Assembly (NCBI GenBank): GCA_963840035.1
Contig: CAWIXE010000001.1
Location: 1,056,001 to 1,120,000, forward strand
DNA length: 64,000 nucleotides
Source of the DNA: a candidate division FCPU426 bacterium
Lineage (GTDB): Bacteria > Oederibacteriota > PGYV01 > Palsa-1178
Direction: 5' to 3'
The notes below the pieces were generated by a model. It saw only the letters and a program-made list of their open reading frames with translations, had not been told where the DNA came from and made no database searches. A program made the translations under genes and the position numbers. Positions 1 to 10,600 of the stretch are shown here, piece by piece. Within the stretch, counting starts at the first letter, position 1. Each line of letters starts with the position of its first letter.

Positions 1-1
1 G

Positions 2-3000
2 TGCCCTACCGCAGGTACGTCAGTGAGCATATCTCCCGCAGGGCCGGTAATGACAGGACCCGCGACAACAGGGGCAGAAGACATGGCTGTGACATTTTCA
101 GATCTGCTGCCGAACACCACTTATCACGTCACTTCAAACCTGCCTGTTTACTGTTTTTTTGAGAACGGCACAGGTTCTGAAAAAGCAATGACACTTTCTT
201 ACATGACGGTGAAAAGACCCATCATGATAGACAAAAGCGCGAATGTGGCGCGGGCGCATGTCGGCGATACTATAACATACTGGATGAACTGGAAAGTTGA
301 CGAGTCAAATACCATGCCATACCAGGCATATGCGTGGGATACAGTTCCAACGGAGTTTAGCATACTAAGCGTAAATCCGGCGCCTACATCACAGACAGGC
401 AATTACATGTGGTGGGACTTGGGCGTAAGGAATGCCGGCGATTCAGGGGCTATGACAATTACAGCGCAGATAACAGCCGCCGCGATAGAAGGCGATACTT
501 ATACAAATATCGGCATGGCATTTATGCCTGATACCATGCAGTTCCCGAACCAGTCTTCCGTGCCGATACTCATAGTGCCGCGGCAGCTGGAAGTGCTAAA
601 AACGGCAAACAGGCCTTCTGGTACGCAGGGGGATACTGTGACATATTCGATTAACTACGCCAATACATCAGGCCTGGCGCTTACAAACGTTGTCATTACC
701 GATTCTGTTCCTTCAGGGCTTTCATACCTTACATCCATACCGGCAGGCATATACACCCCGGCAAACCGGACCGTGCAGTGGTTTTTCGCGTCCATGGCTG
801 ACAGGGCGTCAAATACCCTGACAGTGGTGGCGACTATTCTGAATACAGCCCCGGTAGGTTCGGTACAGACTAATTCGGTATTTTCTACAGCGGATCAGAC
901 AGTGCCGGATTATTCCGAAGCGGATATTACGGTTTTGAATTCACCGCTTGACCTGACAAAAACCGCCAGCCCGTCTCAGGCTGTAAAAGGTGACACGATA
1001 ACCTTCACGCTTTCTTATCAAAATTTAACTTCCGGCGGGGCTTTTGCGGACAACCAGGGAATCAGCGTAAATTTTCATAATAATAACACAGCGGCAACAT
1101 CGCAAAGAATAAGCATGTATTATAATATTATTAATACAAACAATTTTCCCGTAGATATGCAGAATATCAGAATAAAGTACTATTTTAACGACCTTACCCG
1201 CGACCAGGATGGTTTTGGTTATGCGCAGGACTGGGTGTCGCCCGGGGTAACGCCCATACAGGGGGTTCAGGGGATAGGTTATACGGGGACGAATCTTGTG
1301 CATACGACAAAATTCGGAACTCATATGATTCCTGCAAACACTTCAAATACTGAGGCAAGGCTTTATATAAAGGATAAAAGCAGTTGGGTTAATATGGACA
1401 TGACAGATGATTATTCTTACGAAGGCGCGGCGACATCTACATACCACTACTGGAATAAAATTGTGGTTGAATATTATCTGAACGGCACCTGGATGGTTAT
1501 CCAGGGAGAGCCTCCGGGAGGGGTAAATGTCAACGGTGTTGTGGTAACAGATGATGTGCCGCCCTGTATCACCTATGGCGGCACTATAGGCGCGCCGGCC
1601 GGGATTTTTTCAGCCGGGACCATAACCTGGAATGTGCCAACGCTCATACCCTACGAAAAAGGTACTGTCCAGTGGTATGGCACATCAGACGCGACCTGCG
1701 GACAATATGTGACAAACGTGGCGCAGATAGCCGCACCCGGATACGGCCCGTATTCATCCAATGTCGCGGTTGTGAATTTCATTCCACCGCCGCTTTCAAT
1801 TACTAAAACCGCTTCGCCCTATCTCAACAGGCCTGGGGATACGGTTACATACTGGATTAATTTTATGAATAATAATCCGGCGCTGGATCTGGTTGGAGTA
1901 ACACCTGGAGTAACTCTACGTTCGGCAAATAAGGTATCAGGAACATTTCAAAGTTATCAGATGAATTTTAGGTTCTATAATAGTACCGGTAGCTCCATAG
2001 ACCCTACGAATTACAGGTTTATATATTATTTTAATGATAATCTTGCAAACTGGGGAGGAGCATCCGCGACAGGCATAACGTATCAACCGCAATGGAAAAC
2101 ATGCGGTTCATTATCGGCGTCATTTGTCGATATGGCGCCGGGATGTCTGGCAGGAAAATGCTGGCAGGCCAAGCTAATACAGTACAATACCGGATGCGGG
2201 TTGCTGGCTAATGGCAGTTACAATGAAATGCAAAACACATGGTACTGGCCGTCGTATTTACCAGAGTATAATTCCACTAACGACTATAGTTATTTGTTAT
2301 CGGACGGTGGAAATGCCGGATCAATTTATGCGCTTAACCCGAATATAGTCGTGGAACAAAATGTGGCTGGCGTATGGAAACTCGCGTACGGCATCTATCC
2401 TGATTTTCCGGCGCCGCTTTCAAATGTAAGCTTTTGGGACACCATCCCTGCGGACCTGCAGGTGCTTACGGTCAACGCTACCGGGCTTGGTTTTAGCGTG
2501 ACGGGAAATCTTATCAACACAAATATTGCCAGCATGCCGGGGCAGCAGGCATACAGCGTGACTGTAGTCGCGCAGGTCAGGGCCGGGGCGGCGCCAGGAG
2601 TTGTCACAAATACCGCGAACGTAAAACCGCAGGGCTTAAATAACGCCAGCGACGACGCGCCCATAGAGATCTATGTATATACGCCGACAAACACGCCCAC
2701 ATCCACGGCCACTTATACCAGAACAGCCACCGCTACACACACGCCGACTTCTACGCAAACACATACAAGGACGGCTACGCCCACAGACACCGCGACAGCC
2801 ACATATACCGCCACCTCGACGCCGTCTTATACGTTTACACAGACTTCAACATATACCATGACGCCGACATATACAGCCACACCAACGCAGACATTCACAT
2901 CCACACAAACCGACACGGCTACGCATACGCCGACATTTACGGGCACGCCGACTGCGACATTTACCAGGACTGCCACGGAAACTTTTACGCCAACCGCGTC

Positions 3001-4475
3001 ATTTACATTTACATACACGATGACGGCAACTCCTACCGTTACTTATACATTTACGGTCACGCCGACATCGACGGATACATTCACAATGACTTTTACCCCG
3101 ACTGCCACCGGGACATTCACGGACACTCCGTTCCACACGCCGACTTTTACTCCGACCGCCACGCAGACATATACTGCCACACCGACATACACTGCCACAA
3201 ATACATATACCCTTACAATGACCGCAACGCCCACTTTTACAGAAACAGACACACTGACATATACCCCCACTTATACGCTTACTTACACCAGGTCTTCAAC
3301 CCCCACGCATACAGTTACCTTTACCGACACATATACTTTTACCATGACACCCACATATACAGCCACGCCCACGCAAAGCAGCACTTACACATGCACTGAT
3401 ACATTGACCGCGACGCAGACATCAACGCCATCTTTTACGGCGACGCCGACATACACCCCCACATATACATTTACCGTGACTCCGACAGCCACGCAAAGCC
3501 CTACGGTGTCACCTACACCGCCGCCATACCCGTATATCATGAAAATTGAGGCTTTCAATACAGCCGGAGAAAGGGTAAAGATAATCGTGCAGTCGCCCAT
3601 ATCGGACAGGCCGGGTGATATTTTGCTGCTCATAAACGGAAAAACAACGGATATGTTCAACCCCGGAACACAGAGCCTGGAAATAAGCCTTCCGGGGATA
3701 ACCTGGCCGGGAAACCAGGCCGGAACATCTTCGCAGTTCTTCTGGGACGGGACTACTGATATGGGGCAGGACGTATCGCAGGGAATGTATTATATCAAAT
3801 TTGAAATAACAGACAGTTACGACCATGTCGTAACAAAGGTTATGCAGGTGCAGATAGTCCGCACGCAGGAACAGGTAAAAATATCAATCTTTAACAGCGC
3901 GGGAGAAGTTGTGCGCGTCATGTACGGGGACCACCTGCCGGCCGCGCAGGCTAAGCTGACTGTGGATAATACGGTAACAACGGGCGGCAGCGCGGAGAAT
4001 CATATTTTCATAGGCTACGGCGGCGGGCTTCATGTCATGTGGGACGGGAAAAATGAAACGGGCATAGCCGCGGCAACAGGGGTTTATGAGGTGAAGCTTG
4101 AAGTGGTAACCGCGGAGGGCTTAAGCACCATAGCGGCAAAATCAATAACAGTATTTAAGCTGGATAAAAACGACATTATAGCGGGGATAAAATCATACCC
4201 GAACCCCTACAGGCTGAAAAAAGGCGCGGTAAAACCGGCTGTTATAAGCTGGGCTTCGCCGTATGAAGGTATTGCGAACATTGGCGTGTATGATAAGGCC
4301 GGGGAAAAAGTACGTATGATAACCGGGCAACTCTCAGGGGGGCAGGCGTACTGGGACATGAAAAACTCTTCGGGCGAACAGGTTTCAAGCGGAATTTATA
4401 CCATCATAATAAACGCGAGAAGCTGTACAGGGAAATTCGCAAATGTCGGTTGTAAAGTTCGCGGTGATAAAGTAA
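2..4475 (+). CDS. Large secreted surface protein, 5'-truncated: several DUF11 Ig-like domains, two inserted CBM3-like modules, about 280-aa Thr-rich stalk, three FlgD-Ig/T9SS-like C-terminal domains; apparent +1 frameshift at 4430-4432
   Basis: Frame is open from base 2. DUF11 motifs (KTA..GDTVTY.I.Y.N..NVVITD.VP). CBM3-like text ([46 protein letters not shown]). FlgD-like WDG...G.Y motifs and YPNP. Removing one G from ACAGGGAAAT gives ...[14 protein letters not shown] (TAA 4473-4475), matching the KLFVIKD ends of the paralogs; the track ORF to 4567 is read-through. Confidence 0.85.
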
Positions 4476-4563
4476 GGGTGTGTTTTGTACTACTCCTGTC
4501 TCCAATCTCCTGTCTCGTCTTTACTAATTCGGTGAATGTTATGGAGAATGTTCCAAAATCCCC

Positions 4564-4591
4564 TTGAAATTATACATTTAAGCGATATAAT
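4564..4591 (+). promoter_or_regulatory. Putative sigma70 promoter for the PilZ gene
   Basis: TTGAAA-N16-TATAAT. Confidence 0.5.
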
Positions 4592-4631
4592 ATAGGTGTT
4601 ACTTGATTTAAAGTCTTTTTGGGGGTGCATT

Positions 4632-5000
4632 ATGCCTGACGCTCAGATATATGTTGAAAAGAGAAAATACAAAAGAGTTGATAAAAGGATAGAAGTAACT
4701 TATAAAGTGGTATCCATGCCTTCGGAGATAGAAAAAATAAAAAAACAGGCCGATAAAAACGAGGCCGAATCTGCGAATATAAGCGTCGGAGGGATCCAGC
4801 TTATCAACAATGATAAACTTGAGCCCGAACAGATAATAAGGATAGAAATTATTATTGATAAGGCGCCCATGCCGATTATAACATTTGCGGAGGTAAGATG
4901 GAGCGCGAAGGACGACAACCTCGGTAAAAATAGAGCAGGAATTGAATTTTTGGTGCTGAAAGACGAAGATAAAAAGATAATTGAAGAATTGATAGGATAA
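4632..5000 (+). CDS. PilZ domain protein (c-di-GMP receptor)
   Basis: EKRKYKR (RxxxR) and NISVGG (D/NxSxxG) motifs, AEVRW, GIEF; ATG 4632 follows GGGGG. Confidence 0.85.
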   Translation: MPDAQIYVEKRKYKRVDKRIEVTYKVVSMPSEIEKIKKQADKNEAESANISVGGIQLINNDKLEPEQIIRIEIIIDKAPMPIITFAEVRWSAKDDNLGKNRAGIEFLVLKDEDKKIIEELIG

Positions 5001-5096
5001 AAGGCAGGCGTGTAACGGGATATTTAATTCCATTATATAATCGGCTTTTGGAACGCGTTTCGAATTCTATTTAAAAACCATGGTTGTGCGGTTTTT

Positions 5097-5192
5097 GTAG
5101 GGGCAATTCAGCCTCCTCCGCCAAAGCAGTTTTAGCTGCGGCGGCCGGGTGAATTGCCCGCCTTGTTTGGGCGATTCGTGAATCGCCCCTAC
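5097..5192. repeat. GTAG-type REP doublet (REPIN-like) with a 39-bp insertion in the first palindrome
   Basis: GTAGGGGCAATTCA[insert]TGAATTGCCC...GGGCGATTCGTGAATCGCCCCTAC; uninterrupted copy at 56938-56994. Confidence 0.8.
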
Positions 5193-5262
5193 AACAACAA
5201 ACCAAGACATGCAAATTAAAACGACATAATTTTTAAATACGGACAAATACAAGAGGTGAACA

Positions 5263-6102
5263 ATGAATTATTTTAAAACATTTACGTTAATGGCCATAAT
5301 GACAGCGGTTTTTGTCCTTGTCGGGAACTATTTCGGCGGACAAAACGGAATGATGATGGCGTTTGGATTTGCCGTGCTTATGAATTTCTTTTCATACTGG
5401 TTTTCCGATAAAATCGTTCTTGCCATGTACGGCGCTAAGGAAGTAAACCGCGCAGACGCTAAGGAACTTTACCTGACCGTCCAGAACCTGGCAACCCGCG
5501 CCGGGCTGCCCATGCCAAAAGTCTATATCATGAACACCCCCATGGCAAATGCCTTTGCCACAGGCAGGGACCCTAAGCACGCCGCGGTGGCCGTTACCAC
5601 AGGCATTCTTAGCATGCTGAATCAATCCGAGCTTGAAGCGGTGCTGGCGCACGAGCTTACCCATGTCAAAAACAGGGATATCCTCATTGGCACCATAGCC
5701 GCGACTTTTGCCGGCGCTATTACCATGATATCCAGGATGGCTTTCTTTTTCGGCGGCAGCAGGGATAATGACGGAGACTCAAACCCGATTGCGATGATAG
5801 CGATGCTGATACTCGCGCCGATAGCGGCGATACTCATACAGATGGCCATTTCACGTTCGCGCGAATACGCCGCGGACACGGGCGCGGCGGAGCTTACAGG
5901 AAAGCCGCAGGCGCTTATTTCAGCGCTGACGAACTTAACAGAAGGGGCTAAAAAAAGGCCGCTTGTGGCCGATGCGACAGCAACATCGACTGCCCACATG
6001 TTTATAGTGAACCCTTTTAAAGGCGATTTTCTGGCGAGCTTATTTTCAACACACCCCACGCTGAACCAGCGTAAGGCAAATCTGGAAAAGTTCAAAGGTT
6101 AA
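5263..6102 (+). CDS. htpX: Zinc metalloprotease HtpX (M48)
   Basis: NAFATGR, HELTH (HExxH), SRSREYAAD, FSTHP; TM segments; RBS GAGGTG. Confidence 0.95.
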   Translation: MNYFKTFTLMAIMTAVFVLVGNYFGGQNGMMMAFGFAVLMNFFSYWFSDKIVLAMYGAKEVNRADAKELYLTVQNLATRAGLPMPKVYIMNTPMANAFATGRDPKHAAVAVTTGILSMLNQSELEAVLAHELTHVKNRDILIGTIAATFAGAITMISRMAFFFGGSRDNDGDSNPIAMIAMLILAPIAAILIQMAISRSREYAADTGAAELTGKPQALISALTNLTEGAKKRPLVADATATSTAHMFIVNPFKGDFLASLFSTHPTLNQRKANLEKFKG

Positions 6103-6109
6103 TACGTTG

Positions 6110-6181
6110 GTAGCCGCAGCCTTTAGGCTGCGAAACGGGGAAAACAAATCCAGCCTTACGCAACCTGAAGGTTGCGGCTAC
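6110..6181. repeat. GTAG-type REP doublet
   Basis: GTAGCCGCAGCCTTTAGGCTGCG ... CGCAACCTGAAGGTTGCGGCTAC, inverted pair. Confidence 0.75.
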
Positions 6182-6211
6182 CAAACCTAAATACAAATTA
6201 CCGGAGGTTAT

Positions 6212-7564
6212 ATGTCCCGCGATTTTCGTGATATTTCGCTTAAGATCCTTAACGATGTCTTTACAACCCAACGCTGGGCCAAGGAAAACATTGAAGCCAA
6301 TATCAAGGACATCGACGTTGAGCACAACGACATACGTAAAATCTACGAGCTCGTCTACGGCGTACTCCGCAATAAAACCTACATTGATTTTTACCTTGAT
6401 CACTACATAGAAAAACCCGTCATAGACCCTTTAATCCAGAACATCCTTCGCATGGGTTATTATCAGATAATGCACATGGACTCCATACCGCCTTATGCCG
6501 CCATTGATGTTTCCGTGGAGATGGCAAAGCGCCACGGAAACCCCAAATCAGGCGGTTTTGTTAATGCGGTTTTAAGGAATGTGCTGCGCGAAAAGGACAG
6601 AGTAATTAAGATTCCCGGTGAAGGCAAAAAATCCGGCAATGACCGGATGGAGTATCTCCGGGTCAAATATTCATATGAAAAATGGATGACGGAATTCTTC
6701 CTGAAAAACTATACGGACGCAGACGCGGAAAAAGCGCTGGAAGCCGGCAATATAAAGCCCCCCGTCTACTTAAGGGTTAATACTTTAAAAACAGACACCG
6801 ACAGGCTAATGGTACTGCTTAAAAAAGAGGGATGCCTTACAGAGGAAGTAAAGCTGATTAAAAACTGTCTTATTGTAACGGAAGGCGATGCTGTGCGGAC
6901 GCCTTCGCATGAGGCGGGATTGTTTTTTGTCCAGGACCTTTCATCGCAGCTATTTGGCAGCCTTGTGGCGGCTGAAAAGGAAGAGGCAATTATAGACATA
7001 GGTTCGGCGCCGGGCGGCAAAGCGGCGTGTTTTGCCATGGATTCAAAAGGCAAAGCCGGCATACTCGCAATCGAGCCAAATGAAGTAAGGCTGAAAGTCA
7101 TGGAGCGTAATTTTGTGAGGCTGGGAATTACAAACGCGGAATTCATGAAACACGACGCGACAGTTGACATACCGGCGTTCCACGACAGGGCCGATAAAGT
7201 GGTAGTGGACGCGCCGTGCTCCGCCATGGGAGTCATAAGAAGGCATCCGGAAAAAAAGTGGTGCATGACCGAAGCGGAATTAAAGGAGTTCCCAAAAATA
7301 CAGCTGGCAATACTTAATACGGTGAAAAACTGGGTCAAAAAGGGCCGCTGGCTGTTTTACTCCACCTGCACGGTCAACCCCGAGGAAAACTCAAAACTGA
7401 TTGAAAAATTTCTGGCAAAAAACGATAATTTCAAGCTGTTTGATATAACGGACAATAATAAAAAACTCAAATCATACAAGCACGGAAAATTCTTCCAGTC
7501 CCTGCCTGGGAATAAGGATGGGATGGATGGGTTTTTTATGGCGATGTTAAAGCGGGTTAAATAG
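6212..7564 (+). CDS. rsmB: 16S rRNA m5C967 methyltransferase RsmB/Sun (NusB-like N-terminus)
   Basis: ELVYGVLR, GFVNAVLR, VQD, SAPGGK, DAPCS, YSTCT, DGFF. Confidence 0.93.
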   Translation: MSRDFRDISLKILNDVFTTQRWAKENIEANIKDIDVEHNDIRKIYELVYGVLRNKTYIDFYLDHYIEKPVIDPLIQNILRMGYYQIMHMDSIPPYAAIDVSVEMAKRHGNPKSGGFVNAVLRNVLREKDRVIKIPGEGKKSGNDRMEYLRVKYSYEKWMTEFFLKNYTDADAEKALEAGNIKPPVYLRVNTLKTDTDRLMVLLKKEGCLTEEVKLIKNCLIVTEGDAVRTPSHEAGLFFVQDLSSQLFGSLVAAEKEEAIIDIGSAPGGKAACFAMDSKGKAGILAIEPNEVRLKVMERNFVRLGITNAEFMKHDATVDIPAFHDRADKVVVDAPCSAMGVIRRHPEKKWCMTEAELKEFPKIQLAILNTVKNWVKKGRWLFYSTCTVNPEENSKLIEKFLAKNDNFKLFDITDNNKKLKSYKHGKFFQSLPGNKDGMDGFFMAMLKRVK

Positions 7565-7641
7565 AATTTTCAATTTTATATTTTCAATTTTCAATTAACA
7601 GCGGGAACAAACCGCGTCGTCCTGCCTTTAATTGAAAATTA
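7565..7641. repeat. Heptamer (TTTTCAA)n/(TTGAAAA) inverted repeat between convergent genes; near-identical to 13347-13442
   Basis: AATTTTCAATTTTATATTTTCAATTTTCAATTAA...TTAATTGAAAATT. Confidence 0.75.
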
Positions 7642-10600
7642 ATCTTTAATAACAAACAATTTGCCTTTCTTAGCCGTATTGCTTCCCGGGTTTACAATCA
7701 CAAAATAATATATCCCCTGGGATATTGTTTTGCCTAATTTATTCTTCATGTCCCATGTCGTCCTGACCGAAGTGCACATAATGTCTTTCACGCTCTCGCC
7801 TGAGAGGGTGAAAATCCTTATCATGGAACCCGGAACTATGTTGTCAAATTTGACTGTGGTGTCTTTATTGAGGTTATAAGGGTTTGGAAAGACCACCGGC
7901 CTGCTTCTCGGGAACAATGACAAATCCGAGAACTGGGGCGGGTGTTTCTGGAACGAGGGCGTATATACCAGGTCGTTATAATCCGTGCCGGCTCTGTTAA
8001 TTATCATCTCCTGGCCAGGAGGGTTGGAAGTGACGCGCACGCTGTACTCAATGCGTATCTCTTCGCCGGGGGGAAGAGTGAACGGGTCGCCATACTGGTC
8101 TAATGAAAGGTCCCAGTGAAGGTAAGTGGATGAGGAATCAGCCGCAAGGGGCATGGCGAATCCGATATTGGTAAGCGTTACGTATGTGGGCACTGAATCC
8201 CAGACTGATATGTTTGTAACGGGCGAATCAGTATTGTTGGTGATCAATATTGTATAGTTGATGACAGACCCCAGTTTGGGGTCCTCGCCAGCGGATAAAA
8301 GTTCTATTTTAATGTTAACCGGCGAAGGGAGAGGCGTTAAGGTTACGGTAAGTGAAGCTGTGGGTGTGGAAGAAGGCGTATAAGTCGGGGTATAGGTGCG
8401 CGTATCACTGGAAGTGGGCGTGGAAGTAAGAGTGCGAGTGTTTGTGGAGGTAGGTGATGCTGTGGGCGTGTTTGTGAGTGTCTTTGTGCCTGTGGCAGTC
8501 GGCGTATCAGATGATGTCGGTGTTGCTGTCTGCGTATCAGTAAGGGTCCTTGTGCCCGTGAAAGTCGGCGTCATGGTGGCGGTGGAAGAAGGCGTGGCAG
8601 TATCAGAAGATGTGGGCGATGGCGTGAAAGTCTGGGTCGCGGTAAAAGTGTTGGTCCATGTCCTGGTGACAGTCGGTGTATTTGAAGATGGGGTATCCTC
8701 GGGTGTTGAAGAAGGGGTGTGGGTCATGGTAAAAGTGGCTGTGAGGGTGTAAGTAAGAGTCGGCGTGGCTGAAGACGACATTGTGGGAGTCAGGGTAAAG
8801 GTATAAGTCCCTGTCGGGGTGTTAGTCGATGTCGGCGAAGATGAAACAGTAAAAGAAGGTGTGGCTGTAAAAGTGGCTGTTGAAGTCCAGCTCGGGGTAA
8901 AGGTCGGCGAGAAAATGGTGACGGTCCATGTGTCCGTTACAGTCGGAGTATAGGTGCGTGTCGGTGTGTTTGTGGGCGTTGATGACGATGTGGTTGTGTA
9001 TGAATAAGTGGATGTGTATGAATATGTGGATGTAGGCGTTGCGCTTTGCGTGGATGTTTTTGTGCATGTGGGTGTGGCTGTCAGGGTGAATGATGGAGTG
9101 GATGTCCTTGTGGGGGTAAAGGTCGGCGTTGTCACGCCGCAGGGTATATCTATTGATGACTGCGCAGCTATGGTATAAGTCACGCCCTGCGGAACGGCAA
9201 AAGCAGTGTTAACAACAGGGCCGCACGGGCCGCTGGCCACTGCGTACCATTGATAGGATATTGAGGAGCCCTTTAACATCTGAGTTATGACCGGCCATTT
9301 GATATCCCCGGCCGCGGTAACGGTGACGGAATTTGTGCCTCCGAGGTAATTCAAACCCGCAGGCAGCGGGTCATGTATCAGCGTGTTGAAAGCGGTATCA
9401 AGTTCCGTGCGCCAGGATGATACAACGTGCGCGCCTCCGGTGTACTGGGTGAATGCCGGGACAGAACCGTTGGCTATGCCTGCAAAGCCGGCTCTTATGG
9501 GGATACCGCTTACAGACAAATCCGCCGCTGGCGGAAAGTTTGTGTCGGTAATGTTCTTCTGGAAGATGCTGATAGTGTCGCCGTTTAAAACTATTTTTAT
9601 ATCCAGATTCTTCATGGATGTCGCTATTTTTGCCGTGCCTATGGCTGTCGCGCCGTTATATATCTGTATCCTGTTGCCGTCCCACTGGCTGTTAAACCTT
9701 ATGTATATGCCGTCCGCGACAGCAGTGCCGGCCGTATGCCTTACAACTACGGCAAAATCCTGCCCGTCCTGTATGTTTGCCCTGAGCTGAACTGTGCCAT
9801 TTATGCCGTGGGAATAATTATAGGTGTATATGCTGGAGTCAGCTGAAGTGGAAGCCTGAGAACCGTTAAAGGTCCAGGTGCCGGTTGCTCCGTATCTTTT
9901 TGTCCAGTTCCCGGCTGTAAATACGTTTTGCGATGCGTCTGCGGAATTGACAACCGAGCCGTTTAAACTTGTATAATCTATGATATATGTAAATGTGGAG
10001 TTCAAAGCCGGGGATGCATTGGTTGCCGTTTTAGTAATTGAAGCCGGCGCGGGCGGCGGAGGCGGGACATACGCGCATGTGACGGAAACAGTCGCGGAGT
10101 CCGCCACAGGCGATTCGTTGTCGCCGTATATAAAGGCTGTGTTTATCATGTCGGGGTTTACTATCCCGGAAGGGCAGGAACCGTTGACAGTAACCCAGTA
10201 TTTTAATTCAGCGCACTGGTTTACAAGCATGTTGCCCGCGTTTACTGTTATGTTCCTGCCGGATACGGTCTTGGTCGCCGAGTCAGAATCAATAAACCCG
10301 CCGAAGGTAACGCCCGTGGGAAGGCTGTCTATGACAAATACATTCTTAACCTGCCTGCCCGGTTGAGGCCCGTCTCCAAAAACCCTGCGCCAGGTATATC
10401 CGTCAAATTCCTCGACCAATACGTTAGAAAGGGATGGTTTAGTGCCGTTGCATGAGGTAAGGTTGATGGTCGTGACCGGGATTGATGTTCCGTCCCCCTT
10501 GGTCCAGTCCGGGGATATCGGATAAGGGAAATATGCAAGGCCGTTGCCGTAGCCAACCTGTGAATACGGCGCTGTAATTGGAAGCTGAGACCAGTCATCC

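Noticed and set aside
4476..4567. C-terminal extension of the first ORF
   Set aside because: Product of the frameshift; it runs through a heptamer repeat and into the next promoter
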